From NCBI GenBank assembly GCA_964035545.1, contig OZ037771.1, positions 6,977,190-7,041,189 on the forward strand: a stretch of 64,000 nucleotides of DNA. The letters run 5' to 3'. The stretch comes from Bugula neritina. Taxonomy: Eukaryota > Animalia > Bryozoa. The notes beneath the pieces are model-generated. The model did not search any database. It was not told the origin of the DNA and worked only from the letters and a program-made list of their open reading frames with translations. Made by a program: the position numbers and the translations under genes. Each line of letters starts with the position of its first letter. The first letter of the stretch is position 1. Positions 17,705-39,677 of this stretch are shown here, piece after piece.

Positions 17705-20700
17705 ATGGGTAGATGGTGTGGCATTTTAAAGTCTGGGAAAGATAAAGGGTATGCTTGGCTTGTATTATCGATGGCATTCATTTCTTATGTGATGCATATT
17801 GGCTTTTCCTGTGGTATTGTGGGTAATCTCACGGTGATACATAGTCAGCAGTTTGACATAAAGTTACAGAAGAGCAGTCTGATTGGCTCAGCTCATATGG
17901 GAGTTGTCTGCCTATTGGGTAAGTTTAGAATATTACATGTAAAAAAACTAAAGATGTTTTAGTATACGGCTAGCTGTTCACAATACTATATAGCGAATAG
18001 TGTTTCGAATACATACATTTGTATATATTCCTGTTTTCAATTTGCCTTTTATCCTCACCTGTCCTTACCTATCTCTACTCTGCATGTCCTGTTGATAATT
18101 GGTATAATTTATAACAGATATACACAGCCTACTCCTTATACATAAAATAAAGCTGTGGTTGATTTTAGGACCCATCTCTTCAGTCCTGGTGAGAAAATTT
18201 GGTTATCAGGCTATGCAAATTATTGGTGGGCTTTGCTTAGTAACCAGTCTGGGACTCAGCTATCTCTCGACACAGTTCTGGCATGGCTTTGTCCTATTTA
18301 GTATTTTTGCAGGTCAGTTATTGTTTTAAATGACAAAAAAACTTATTTTATAATGTGATTAGGGCACATGCAATTAACAATTGCTCTATTAACAAATTAT
18401 AAATCATTTTGTAAATTCTATTAATATTGTATAGCTGAATATTGTAACCATTTAAAAATCATATGAATAATTTACAAAATATTATTTTAAATGCACTTGC
18501 ATGCCATCAAATGCAGCATAAAATATTAATTCTTTTTTTTATGCTACTAATTAAACTATTTCTTTTTAAATCAACTATAAAGTTTATGTGTAGCAATTTA
18601 TTTTTAGCTTGACTTGAACAAATGACCAAAATATTTTCTACAAATACTGAGCTCAGATGCTAATATTAAATTTTGTGCAAATAGTCAACAATTTTTATAG
18701 TATGAAAGCTTGCATAAAATAGTTCTTCAGCTTGTGAAAATATTCTAACTTCTGCTCGCAGGTATTAGCATCTCCATAATGTATACAGCGTGCTCAGCAG
18801 TAGTGTCAGACTACTTTGACAAGTACAGGTTCCTTGCATTTGGAACGATAACAACAGGAAACTCTGTAGGACTCTTAGCCTGGCCAATCATATCGCAGAG
18901 GCTGTTTGCTAGATATGGCTACTCTAAGGCAATGGCTCTGATGTGTATTCCCCAGTTTGTGCACGCGGTAGCCGGTATTTTGTTTGTTTCTCTCCAAGAA
19001 CCAGGTTAGCTTTTTTAATAACCAATTAATTTTATAGAATACAAAAGCACTAAATTTATTTATCGATTGTGCTACTAATTCTGTCTACTCCAGCTGGTCA
19101 CTGTTTAAAACTAGAGAAAGTTTGAATTGGAACTGTAGCAAGCACAATTTGGTATATTATTTTGTCCTGCATAAGTGTTTGTATTTATAGACTTGCAAAA
19201 GTAGCCAGCTTATTTGGGAAAAAATAAATTGATGTTGTTTGGAAGTTTTGAAATTAACTATATAACATCTCACTAAAGAAAATAAATTGATATTTTTAAG
19301 TGCGTATATAATTTTATTATTTTCAAAATTTGTAACCACAACAAGTTTTACTATTTTCATGTTAACTATTGTTAGTTTTCATGTCTAGAAGCACTAGAAG
19401 AAAGCTGTAATGAGAAGTTTGACAACAAAAATGAAGAAAATGCAGAATTATCAAAAAATTCTGGTGTAAATGTAAGTTATAGTTCTAGATGATTAAAATA
19501 TAAGATTGTAAAATTATTTTTATAGTGCAGATGTACACTGCTTGCAGAAGGAACAAAAACCTTGTGGTAAAATTATGGTGACTATCGTTAATATTTAAGA
19601 TTTGCTTTTTATGTAAGCATGAGCTTTTTTGCAATAAGTTATCATTTTCACACAAAAGATAAAAGAAAATATATTGTGCTATAATATGTTATCAGGGAAA
19701 TAAAGTCTCAGCTTTTTAATTGCTTTTTTTTGTCAAAACAATTAAAAAAAATTTTTGAAGTATGATTTCATCTATCAATTCTTACTTACCTTTATTGTAA
19801 AAATAAGACTTTTTACAAAAAAATAAGAAAATTTGTTCAGTTTATAGTAAGGTTTCATTGGGATGTGTATTTAATTTTGTAAAGTTTGGCAGCTATTGTT
19901 ATTGTTATTTAATATTATATTATTACTCGATATTATATTGATAATAATTACTTATAATTTCAAATGATTTAGGCATCGCAGCAAAATTCTTATATAAAAT
20001 ATCTGTTATGGATGCCGTCCTTTAAATAATTGCCTTTTATTGTATAATTGATTAAATTTTATGAAATATATACATGATATACAAACATACGTATATGTAC
20101 ACTAGAAAATTATATCTATACAAAGTATAAATAGTGCAATAAGTCAATCCAAATAGTCTATTGTTGCCGTATTATTATAAGTTATTAAAATCGGTAAACC
20201 TAAAACATTTAAATTGCATGAAGAAATTTATTCTTAGCCTCAGTTAGTCATGTCATTAAAGAGATTCACCCCAAACTTGCAATAGAAAAAATACTTTTAA
20301 ATTGTTCATTAGGGCTACATCTGCTCAGGTTTTTGTTAACTTCATGCTAGACTTTATTTGTCAAGTTATTTGTTAAACTGGTACCCATGCTGTCACCTAA
20401 TAATCCATCAGACTCAGGTTTAAAGAATCTTCATAATACCTTACTAAAGAGTTGGGCTATTTTAAAAGTTTGATTAATGTATATCTGAAAAACCAAATAT
20501 CTCTTATTATAAAACATGCATGACTAGAACACTCAAAATCATATCCTATAGCAAGTTATTTTTTACAGTATTGCAATAAGCCAGAGCCAATAAAGACAAT
20601 ATACATTATATGAAAATAGTTTGTTATCGACTCATATCATTTAAACTCCTATTATATTTCCTCCAACAGTTTACAAGTAAAAGTTTTGGTGCAAAAAGTA

Positions 20701-23117
20701 AATTAAGATTTAGACTACTTTTTTGTTTACAGAACAACAAAAAATATCCTCTAAGAGAAACAGACACTGCTGAAAGAAAAGAAGATGCATTTACTTTGCA
20801 TGAGTTGTGGGCTGTATTGAAAACCAAGACTGTAAGTGACACAGTTGTGATTCAGCTATGTATGTATTCGTAATTTATTTAAGATGTTTTTCTTACTGTC
20901 ACGACACTACATTGTTTGGTTATAATTAATTTGGCTTATTAAAATCTTCCACTAGAAGAAAATAAAATGATCTAGTTGCTTGAAGCTGTAACTTCTAGCT
21001 GCAACAGTTCTCATGGCTAATGAGCTAAAAATAATTTTTGACTCACTTGTCGAAAGCTTAGTACTTTATTTTTATTTATTTATTTATATTTATAATTGTA
21101 GCTACGCATAAAATAACTCAAAATCTAAAACATTTTAGATATGGATTTTAGTAGCAAATGCTTTCTTCTGGAACTCTTCAGTGATAACATTCTTTGTTCT
21201 CATCATCGACTACGTCATCAGAAATGTCGCTTTGACAGAAGAGGAAGCTGCTTTGGGCATCACCATATTAGGTAATCATAAACAGCATTCAGGTGAAACG
21301 AGGTATGTGCAGTAATGGAGAAATTGAAAAAAGCTCATGTTTCTGATTAAAAATGAAGCAAAAAATGTATGTTCTCGCAAGAATTTCAACCCTCGCCCTA
21401 AACCAAAACCTATGAAGAAATTTGCAGAACTTAGGCTGCCATAATTTCTGCACTACTGCTCTTAATGTGACCTTTCGTAATGTGATGTGATTTATTGTAG
21501 GAGTTTGCAAGTTATGTGGTGGACTCGTTGTGCTGTGCTTAGCTTCTTTGAAGTTTGATAGGCTGATTTTATACTCAACTGGAATGACTGTGTTTAGTGC
21601 TGCAGTTGTAGCAACTGTATTCATTACAGATAAAGTAAGTATTCATTACAGATAAAATAACAAGCTATGTCAATGCTTACTATAATTTATATATCAAAAT
21701 GAGTATTAATTGCAAGTATGTAATAATGATTTTAAAGCAGACAAATGCAATTGATTATACCAAGACATAAGATAAAACATCACTGCATAGTAATAAATTT
21801 TCATAATCCAAGTGAAAGTACGTACAACTAATAGTTGGTGCAAAGCTTATTAAAGTTTTTTAAATATATTTTAGGCAATGTATTACACAATAACTGCTGT
21901 GCTAGGCCTCATGAATGGTATAGTATATGGTAACGTGCTGCCAATTCTGACAGACTTTGGTGAGCCTCAGCACCTGGTTATACTACTCGGTATGAACTTC
22001 CTGGGGGAAGGAGTAGGTGCTCTTACAATGCCATCTTTAGCAGGTAAAATTCATATTTAAAGGCTAATATTTGACTATGACAGCTTAAATATATGATCAG
22101 CTTCAAATTGGTTAAGTAGCAAAGCATTACATATGCCTTTGTTTCGTGACAGATTTTCTTCAAAAAACAGCTCACACAAATTCATAGTCACTATCTCTGT
22201 GAGAAACCCCCGATGGAAAAGGTTTTTGCTAAAGCGGGCTAAGAACTTATTTAAATGAGACACAGGAGCAATTATGACTGGATGCTCTTCCTAAAGGAGT
22301 TTCTTTTAGTTATGAATTAAAATATAATACTCACGGTGGTTTGCATTGATATTCAAAGAAGACACTTTAATAATAATATTTGCAAAGCAATAAGAACTAA
22401 TTTTGACATGTTGAAAGCTACTACAATTTAACACTTCTCTACTTTATATTTCTTATAATATAATTACGGTTTTGGTTTCTGCATCTATGAGTTGAGTATA
22501 TATTCACCAGAACTTGAGATTCAAAATTTACAGAGAAGTTATTGCAGTTAAAACAAGTTTAGTTTATAATTATGTTATGTGACATTTTTGTAAATATCCT
22601 TGTGACTATTCTGTTACTCTTCTGTGACTATTCTGTGACTATCCCTGTGACTATTCTGTGAATATCCCTGTGACTATTCTGTGACTCTTCTGTGACTATT
22701 CTGTGACTATTCTGTGACTCTTCTGTGACTCTTCTGTGACTATTCTGTGACTATTCTGTGACTCTTCTGTGACTATTCTGTGACTCTTCTGTGACTCTTC
22801 TGTGAATAAAGTTGCATAGTTTTGAACAAGGATTCTTGCACTAGCAGTTTACATAATATATTCACAGTTAGTTATGTTTTATCCAATATATGACCAAAAT
22901 ATTATTTCAAGCAACACCTGTAACTTTTGTAGCCTATATAGCTAAAGCTACAGGCCATCAGTATGGAATTGTGTTCTCTGGTGTTTGTGGAGCAATAGCA
23001 GCGCTTATTGTGATCCCAAAAATTGTTTATAAACACAAACAAAACAAGCTGTTGCATAAAGATGATTTTGCTGGGAAAGCTGAGCCAATTACTGCAAGAG
23101 AGAACAGTCTAACATGA
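17705..23117 (+). CDS. Monocarboxylate transporter-like MFS protein (SLC16 family), ~9 exons
   Basis: N-terminal DKGYAWLVL matches the SLC16 DGGWGW-type motif; GPISSVLVRKFGY loop; VVSDYFDKYRFLAFG matches the YF.KRR.LA.G motif; multiple hydrophobic helices. Exons ~17705-17918, 18169-18312, 18762-19004, 19389-19451, 20732-20831, 21139-21271, 21501-21633, 21875-22023, 22932-23117. Confidence 0.85.
22165..22293 (-). mobile_element. SINE copy lacking the tRNA head
   Basis: Matches the body of 4137-4350 up to ggatgctcttcctaa. Confidence 0.75.
22600..22805. repeat. 11-bp minisatellite (CTGTGACT[A/C]TT)n, intronic
   Basis: About 18 directly visible tandem units. Confidence 0.95.
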
Positions 23118-24336
23118 CTTCAGTCTATTACTAGACAAAGGAGATTTACTCAACCTAATGCTTTATGTTTGATTTGTTTTTTACTTGCTAATTCATTTAT
23201 GTTTAAAAATCTTCTAGAAAATAATGAGTTTTTAAAACTAGTATTGATAAAATTTATTTTTACTTCTTGAAATTTCTTTACACAGATGAAAATGTGATGA
23301 AGGATCACACTAGCGTTTTTTGTAAGCAGAAGTTTGTAAATCTTGTTATGTTGAAAAGAACCTTTAATAGTATATAGTATATATACCTAACTATTTCATT
23401 ATTTATGACACGTCTTTTTAACATTCATTTGGATGAATTTTGTTTATTACATAATACTATTGTGCAGTTTTTTATTTTAATGTGATATAAAATAATATTG
23501 TCCTAAACAACTATCAACACCTTATAATATAGTAATTCTTGCTACGGAAATATTAACATTGATGATGCAAATCTTGAATTTAAACCAACTGCAGCTAAAC
23601 CTACCTTAACATGCAAATTTACTGATGCAAATATAAAAAGAGCTCTGTAAAAATTAGAAAGTTTTAGTAGTTTACTTAAATGACTATAAAATAAAATTAT
23701 CATAATATTTATGAATGTTATTAAATCAAATAAATCAGTTTGAACACAGAGATGTGTGGAATAGGCCATAGATTTAGATCCTAGTGGGGATATTGATGTT
23801 TGTTTTGGAAGATAGCAAAGATCATAATGCAGAAATTTAAATCCACTTCAAAACATATGAACAATAATCCTCATGGCAATCAATATGCTTTAAAAGGCGT
23901 GAGCTTTTATGGAAAGCTGATATGCATTCAACACTTTACAGCCTGTATAAAGCCAGTATTATAATTGAGTATATTACAAATTTATCTTGTAAATTGAGCT
24001 GCAAAACCCCTAGAAATTATATTTATAATTTCAATGACAAGATTTAATACCATAACATTGTAAATATTGGCCCAATATTTTAACATCTGGTATTCTGGGA
24101 AATCAGTTTGCCACAGGAGGCATGCATTAACCACTTAAATTAAACTTAATTATTGATATTAGATTAAATTAAACTGGTTATGTAAATGACCATTGATTAT
24201 GTGAAAAGGCTAATTGATGTATATGGCATGTATTTTAATATTTCAGCAGGCACTTTAGGCAGTGAGATTTATTGCCAATTGTTCACACTTGCTGAGTAAA
24301 GTTTTCTGCTTTCTGTTTATAGCTGTTTCGAACACA

Positions 24337-31799
<7,463 letters not shown>

Positions 31800-32561
31800 G
31801 ACAGTGTCTTTTAGATCAGCAAACAACATGTGTTAAAGAGAACAAAATATACTTTAAGGTGACAGAAGTCTTAACAGCATTTTACTTATAATAATGTACT
31901 ATCTCAGAGGAAGATATAATAATTGTGCAAAAGTCGAGATTAAATATTTCACAGTAAATATTTTAAAGCTTAGTACTCCAAATAATAATAATAATAATAA
32001 TAATATTGCCACAGTGTACTGCTTCCTGTTTTGATAAAACTGCGGGTGGAAACCGACACCCTTCAACCAACTGAGGAAAATCACAGCTAAACAATAAAGC
32101 TCTACAAGCCATGTTGTAATTCTATTTTATGTCAATAATTTAAAAATTAAAAAATGCATTAGTTATGTTTTGTTCTAACACATTATGCTAATAGTATTAA
32201 ACACAAACATATTTTATTCTTTATTTGGGAATGTTGCAGTTACTACTTTTTGGAATTTTATTTAGTGTTGTCAAAGTTTGTTGTTTGTATTATGTTGTGG
32301 AGAAAAGTGTTTTAAAATACTTCAGTCTACCTCGAAAATGAATATATAAACATCTGATCCTAAATAAACAAATAAAATATGATTATGCTGTGAGTTATCA
32401 CGCAATGGCTTTTAAAGATAAATTCTTTTAATGATATTCAATAAACGCTGAAAATAAAAAAATACAATACATAGTGTCATGACAAAACACTAAAGCATAT
32501 AATTTTGATATATTCAAACTTAATAGTTACATATAATTAAAGAAACATATTGAGTATAATA

Positions 32562-32700
32562 TGATGGAAACTTTCTGCCAAAGCATATTTTTAAGGTGTG
32601 TAAACTTAAGTGAGAGAGCTCAGGTGACTCTAGGAGGCATGAGTTTATGACCATATGCTTATAGAGAGCTCAATCACTGAATGTCATTGCTGAGCATATT
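32562..32700. repeat. Degenerate fragment of the 276-bp retrozyme-like unit (no hammerhead)
   Basis: aaagcata..taaggtgtgtaaac..gtgactctagga..gagttt.tgacca..gctcaatca..aatgtcattgctgagcat aligns with 15540-15700. Confidence 0.7.
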
Positions 32701-32774
32701 ATATAATAAGTGCCTATCAGACTTTCTTATAAACTGATATTATTCATATTGTGTCAACAACACCGATAACTATT

Positions 32775-33078
32775 GTGATATAATATAATATAATATAACA
32801 TAGTATAATATAATGTAATATAATATAATATAATATAATATAATATATTATAATATAATATAATATAATATAATGCAATATGATGCAATAAAATATAATA
32901 TAATATAACGCAATATAACATAATATAAAATAATGCAATATTATATAATATAAAAAACATAATGGAATATAAAACAGCATAAAATAATGTAATTTAGTAT
33001 AATATATCACAATATAATATAATATAAAGTAACATATAATGTAATATGATATAATGTAATATGATATAATATAATATT
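32775..33078. repeat. Degenerate (TAATA)n pentanucleotide repeat
   Basis: Directly visible. Confidence 0.9.
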
Positions 33079-33993
33079 GTGAAAAAACTCAAAACTTGTA
33101 TTAGGAGTGCAGTGAGTGTAGACCTGCTGTGAATAAAGAGAATCAGTCTTTTGTTTGTTATCATAGCCAAAAATCTTCTATTACAGTTAATAGTCAATAT
33201 ATAAAGGATATACATTTAAATTGCTGTTTGAGTTGCATAATAAAGAATCACTCTAAGCACAGTCCTTCAATGCAGCAGTTTAGTTGAGCGTATGATATAG
33301 GTGTCACTTAACTGACACCACTTGAGGAATTGTGTACAGTCAACAGCTTATTTCCTCACATGATGACCTAATTCCGCATGAGGTAAGTGTGGTGTCACTG
33401 TTATTTAGACTCAAATCTATAATATGTTTTTGCCACTGAAGTAAAAATCAATGATTTGTAATTATGTTGATTAAGTTCAACTATTTACACTGTATTGATT
33501 TATATAAAAATACAATATTAAAAATTGAATGGCGAATTAGCTCACTTGAAAACGATTATCAAATGTTTAACCATTATTCTTTATCCTAACTTAAACCAGT
33601 GCATCTAGACTTGAAAAATTCACTGTGTATGAAACCCTGAAGGTGGAATATTGGCTAACATTAAAAAAATTAAGATGTGTTTCACCAAGAAGTAGTTTGA
33701 AATAACAGACTCAACACTAATGGAGAGGTAGCAAAATGGAACTCAAGCTTTGTAAGTTGATAGTACTAACAAACATATGAAAAGAAATATAAACATATAC
33801 ATTATATACTATTGTGGCATGCACACATGTACACATGAAACTAGTAGTAAAAAATATTTTAATCAAATTTTATCCTAATCTACTTTTTATTCACTCTATA
33901 CTCTGCCCTGCATTGAGCTCCTTTTAGGTGAACTACAAAACATTACATATAAATAAATAAATGAATATAGAGATTTCTAGATGAATAAATCAT

Positions 33994-34342
<349 letters not shown>

Positions 34343-34497
34343 ATGTATTTTTAGTATAAACTGCTTGAAGATATACAAGTAGCAATAATAGATATCAAAC
34401 CGGAAATCAACTCCATACTTTATAGATATTTACTATCTTTGCATTATAATTTACTGAATTCTATAGGTTGTTTTATTTGTATTTCACAGCTGAAAAG

Positions 34498-36730
34498 ATG
34501 ATTAAAATATCTGCCCTATTGATGTGCTTATGTGGCTTTTCACACTGTCATCTAATAGAAACTACTTTGTTCACAAACCACCACAGTATGGGTCGTGAGA
34601 ACTATGTGTTGAGTGATTTGTGTTATGACCCAACCCGCAGAGATGTGGTGTTTGCCACTGTGAAACATGGCATCATCAAGTTTGACTGGAGTGTCTCTGC
34701 AAACAGTGCTACTGCTTCAGTATATGCTGGGGGTCTTTCATCTGGTAAGAAACTTGTAATATAATCATGTGTTGTATTATATTATTGTAGCTATGTACAA
34801 TATTTTAGATGAAAGCTATGAAAAGCTTTCAGCTAAATAACTAATTTTTAATGTATATCCCTTTCATGCCCAGTGTCCGCATATTTGGCCACCACTTGTA
34901 TAGTGTACAAAGTGACTCATAAAAAAGTCATGCATGAAAAGGATATGTAATATGTTTTCAATTTCTCTGTACTATTCATCCCTATTCCTATATATGCAAT
35001 AAAATAAAGTTATATTTGTAGACTGACTGAAAAATTTTGCCTGCATTTAGTATAACACTTTTTTGCATAAATTCAATGGTGAGAGCATATTTTAATAATA
35101 GAATATTTTATTAAACAGGGTTTGCTGATGATGTTGGTTCGTACGCAAAATTCAATGAACCAAAAGGCTGCACACCATTTGGAAATGTCATTGCGGTTGC
35201 TGACAAAAGAAATGATGCAATAAGACTAGTAGACCCAGTTACTGAAACTGTCAGCACATTGATCTCTGAAGGAGCTTCTGGTCATACTGATGGACCATAT
35301 ATTCCAGGAAGGGCAACTTCCCAAAGTGGAGTGCACATACCAGTTTATGTGTGTGCTATTAATTCTACTCATCTCATAGTTGGCTATCACAACACAAAGG
35401 TGAAACTGGTAGATACCATTAGGGAAGTCATTTCTACTATACTCCAAGTTAGCTTTATCTCGGTAAGCACAAAAAATTGATGCAGAGGTTTATCAAGATC
35501 TTACAAATATTGTTATTTATTTATCTAGCTTTTGAAAATTTTAGAACCAAATCGCACAAATATTATTATAGTTTTTATTGTTATTATTTTGTAGAGTTCT
35601 TTCATTTCCTATAGTTGCAGATACTTGATGATTGTGCTCATAAGTTATTATTGCTTTATAGTTCATGCACATTTTTATGGATTATTCGTTCACTGGGCTC
35701 TACGTTACTACTGAAGAAAATGATGCCAACTTCCAGATCTATCACTTCCCTTTGGAAGATTTATACGATGGAAGTGCAGAATTTTCAGCTGCTTATTTGC
35801 AAGTAGAATATGCAGCTACAACGAGTAGGTTTAGTGAAGCAACTGATATATGCTCTCATAACATAATATGGATCAACACTTTGTATGATATAACATAATT
35901 TCAAAATCATACATGATATAAGAGACTATGATTATATTCATGTTGATAAACTATTTTTAGAAGGTGTTGATTTCATAAAGAATGGAAACAAACAAGAGTC
36001 AGTTCTAGGAATCTGTTTAACAAGTTGGGCAGCAGATGTCGGAAACTATTTGCTGCTTTCAAATGACTATTCGTAAGTTTATTTGCAGTGGAATTTTTTC
36101 TAAGAAAGCTCAAAAATAATATGTCAAACTTTGTATGACTGATACTTTATATAATGCAAAGAGCAGCATGCAGGGTTTTATGTTATACATTGTTTTTAGT
36201 AACTACTGCTTTTATAGTTATCCAATTGACAAATGTGAAGTGTGCTTTGCAATGTTCATTCTTGTTGATGGAATAGCTTCGTGTTGCTACATGTTTTGTT
36301 AAACATATTTCTTATTTTCTAATTTTTCCATATATACAATTAGTTGTATTATTATTTTCAATATTATTTCTATAAAACTCAAATTGTGTTTGTGCATGGG
36401 TGCAAATAGGATTTATAAAACTTAAAACCATCACATCATATGTTTTAGAACTTTTAATGCGTTATTTATTTAAACTGTTACAGATTTACTTTTTTTTATC
36501 ATTATGTTTGGTTCTAGAAACAAGGAGATGACTGTGATATACAAGAATGATTATTCTACTGAAACTTACACTATGTTTGAACTACCTGCTGGCATTACTC
36601 TCGTCCCAGAAAACACTGACTATATTTATGTTGCTGACAAGTATGAGTTAAAAAGATTATCTGCAGGTAAATGCAAAATCTTTCTGTTATATTGTATCAA
36701 AATGCACACACTCGGGCGCATACACATACA

Positions 36731-36769
<39 letters not shown>

Positions 36770-38473
36770 GCACCTAGAGGCCTATAATATATTGAGCAGA
36801 GAAAAATAATGCGTGGGTCATTTTACTTAATTAATTATTGCATGCTGAAAATCTATAGTTTTTAGCCATTTTTCACAATTTAGCTAGTATTGAACATGGC
36901 TTTTGCTCAAAATTAGTAAAATATCAATAAATACATTTAAAGTAATCAAGGCTTTTTTTAATTTTGCTTTATTTTCTATGTTTCTTCCTAATTATTTAGC
37001 TACTTTTGATTGCGGAATGTTATGTTTTTTTCGTAACGGTCCGCGATTCAAATTGGCTAAATATATAGGAGAAAACTAGGGAAATTAAACTAAATTAAGA
37101 ACCTTGATTATTTAGGTGTATTTATTAATATTCTACTGGTTTTGAGCAAAACCCCATGTTCATTAGCAGCTAAAATGTGAAAAATAGCTAAAAACCAGAG
37201 ACTTCCAGCATGTACTAAATTAAGTAAGATGATTGTGTTCATTATTTATAACAATACATTAAATGTAGAATGACGGAACAAAGGTTTACTCACACTTGGA
37301 ATTTTATTTTTTGTCAGATGGAATAGTACCACCAGACCTTAATCACAGTGACACAACCACTACCACAACTACTGTACCAACTACCACAACTACTGTACCA
37401 ACTACCACAACTACCGTACCAATTACCACAACTACTGTGCCAGCTACTACAACTACTGTACCATCTACTACAACTACTGTACCAACTACCACAACTACTG
37501 TACCAACTACCACAACTACTGTACCAACTACCACAACTACTGTACCAACTACCACAACTACTGTACCAACTACTACAACTACTGTATCAACTACCACAAC
37601 TACTGTACCAACTACTACAACTACTGTACCAACTACTACAACTACTGTACCAACTGCCACAGCTACTGTACCAACTACCACAACTACTGTACCAACTACC
37701 ACAACTACTGTACCAACTACTACAACTGCTTCACTGACCCCTAAAGCTGAAACAACACCAAAACCTGTCAGTTCTACAGAATCCGAAATTTATGAAGATG
37801 ATATTTTCATCACTAGGCCAGGTTAGAAAGCTTATTTTGCTTTTCAAGTCAACATACAGGAATAAATAACATCTCATATAATTTAAAAAAAAAACTTCTG
37901 CACATTATTGTTGACTAAAATTACATATTTGTGTACCGATTTGTCTGAAAAAGTTGCAATTTATTCACCACTATCTTAGCTGGAACCGTGGTTGTCACTG
38001 TTCCGGCTGCAGACGGAAAACAATGCCCAGAGGATTCCCTGGAGTTATTCTCAGTCATAGTTGAGAATGCTGAAGTTTGCTCTATTTACTGTTTGAACGC
38101 TCAGCGTTGCAACAGCTTTGGCTTTAACACGTCAACAGGTAAATATTGACTATTGTAGAGAAAGTAATAGTCAACAAAAAGTGATGTTTTATGAAAGAAA
38201 TTATTATTTATTTAAGATAGGTACTGTCAAGAAGCTCAAAATTTAATATCAATTGGGTAAACTCACTCAAAGCCCTAATCTTATGGTTATGATATTATAT
38301 TTCTATTTACACTTTCAAGCCTACAAGTTATTATATGAATTTTAGATCAATAAAATAATAATTTGATTTAATGTTTAGGAAAGTGCAAGTTACTAGAGTT
38401 GTCTCATCAATCTAGGAATTATGCAATGGGGAACAGTTATGACACGTGCTATAGAGCAGAAATAAAAATGTAG
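34498..38473 (+). CDS. Secreted protein 2: signal peptide + NHL-like beta-propeller + (TTTTTVP)n mucin stalk + PAN/Apple domain (8 coding exons)
   Basis: Signal peptide MIKISALLMCLCGFSHC; GFADDVGSYAKFNEPKGC..VIAVADKRNDAIRLVDPVTETVSTL is an NHL-type repeat; C-terminal CSIYCLNAQRCNSFGFNTSTGKCKL. Exons ~34498-34744, 35119-35462, 35662-35824, 35961-36072, 36519-36666, 37318-37821, 37980-38138, 38379-38473. Confidence 0.82.
36815..37234. mobile_element. Foldback MITE, full length, intronic
   Basis: gggtcattttacttaatt...aattaagtaagatgat termini; ~200-bp imperfect inverted arms around a ttgcgga..tccgcga centre. Confidence 0.8.
37358..37730 (+). repeat. Coding 21-bp tandem repeat encoding TTTTTVP (mucin-like)
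   Basis: actaccacaactactgtacca repeated ~17 times, in frame within exon 6 of secreted protein 2. Confidence 0.95.
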
Positions 38474-39677
38474 TCAACAGCTAGTGCTAGCAGGTAAAGT
38501 TCTCAAATGTATTTTGTTGAGCATATATGATATTCTTTCTGACTACTAATCATTTAGTGTTATAGGTGTTTAAAATAATTGATGGAACATAACAGTTTCA
38601 ATTATTTGTATTTAAAAATACAAAATAAATATATGTGAAATACATGGCTATATAGTATATATTATATGTTAATTTTATTTTGCAAATTATCAATAGTTTA
38701 AATTAGATTTGCTTTAAAGAAGTTACAGTGTCTGAGTCATAATATGTACTTTTTTCAGTTTTTGCTAAAAAATATAATTTTTAAAAATTTCTGTCGATAT
38801 GTTCTGTTGCTTATTTAAAAAAATTTCTTTAACTTCAGATGTAACTTTTTTAATTAATTATATTCTACTTAAAAACAAGCAGATTTTGAAATAAAAATTT
38901 GGTTTCAAAAAGCACTCTGAATTTTCTCAGATGAGAATAGAGTTTCAAATTCCTGGAACAGTGTTGAATGAATTGCACAATATAGGTATTTTTCATATGC
39001 TAATTATATCTTATGAAATATAAAATTTATAATATAAATACTCTGATACTGTGCAGCATGTTTAGATTATGCAGCAAACATTACTCATCAAATTAGTTTT
39101 TAAATTTAAAAGTTCCTTTAATATGTGGGAAACGTTTTATTTTCAAAATTAAAATCTTTTTTTTCCAGACTCGCAATGCATAATAAAAACAGGTGTTAAA
39201 TCTAATCAGAAATATGTATTATACAATAATATAATATGCATATTTATGTTGCATGGAGCAATATATCCCATGAAGTTGTTACTTTATATATACATACAAA
39301 TTAAACTAAAATAAAAGCCAGCATAGATATAAATCAGTCCACAAGGAGATTGGTGCCAACATTTAAAATTTTTTTATTATCTTATCTATTCGATCATTGT
39401 CTTATAAATCATATCATGATAGCAATCCTAGTAATACAAATAACAATGAGCATTATTCATGGTAATAAAAATAATGTAAAATTTTGATTACTAATATTTG
39501 ATAGTCATTGCTTTTTATGACCAAAAATAAATTAATCAATATTATTATATTAAAGAAAAAACGGCATACATTTATAGTAAAAAATATATTTTTATATAAT
39601 ATTTGCTTGAAAAACTATCTAAAAATTTTTAAACATGATACGAATGTTAAACACACCGCTGCTCAAACTAGGAGTTG

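Noticed and set aside
22600-22805. CRISPR-like appearance of short repeats (also the 40-bp pair at 34032/34111)
   Set aside because: No unique spacers, no cas genes, and a eukaryotic intronic context.
37343-37737. Alternative-frame ORFs (poly-V/GT and QLLYQLP repeats)
   Set aside because: Shadow frames of the 21-bp Thr-rich coding repeat; only the TTTTTVP frame splices in phase with the flanking exons.
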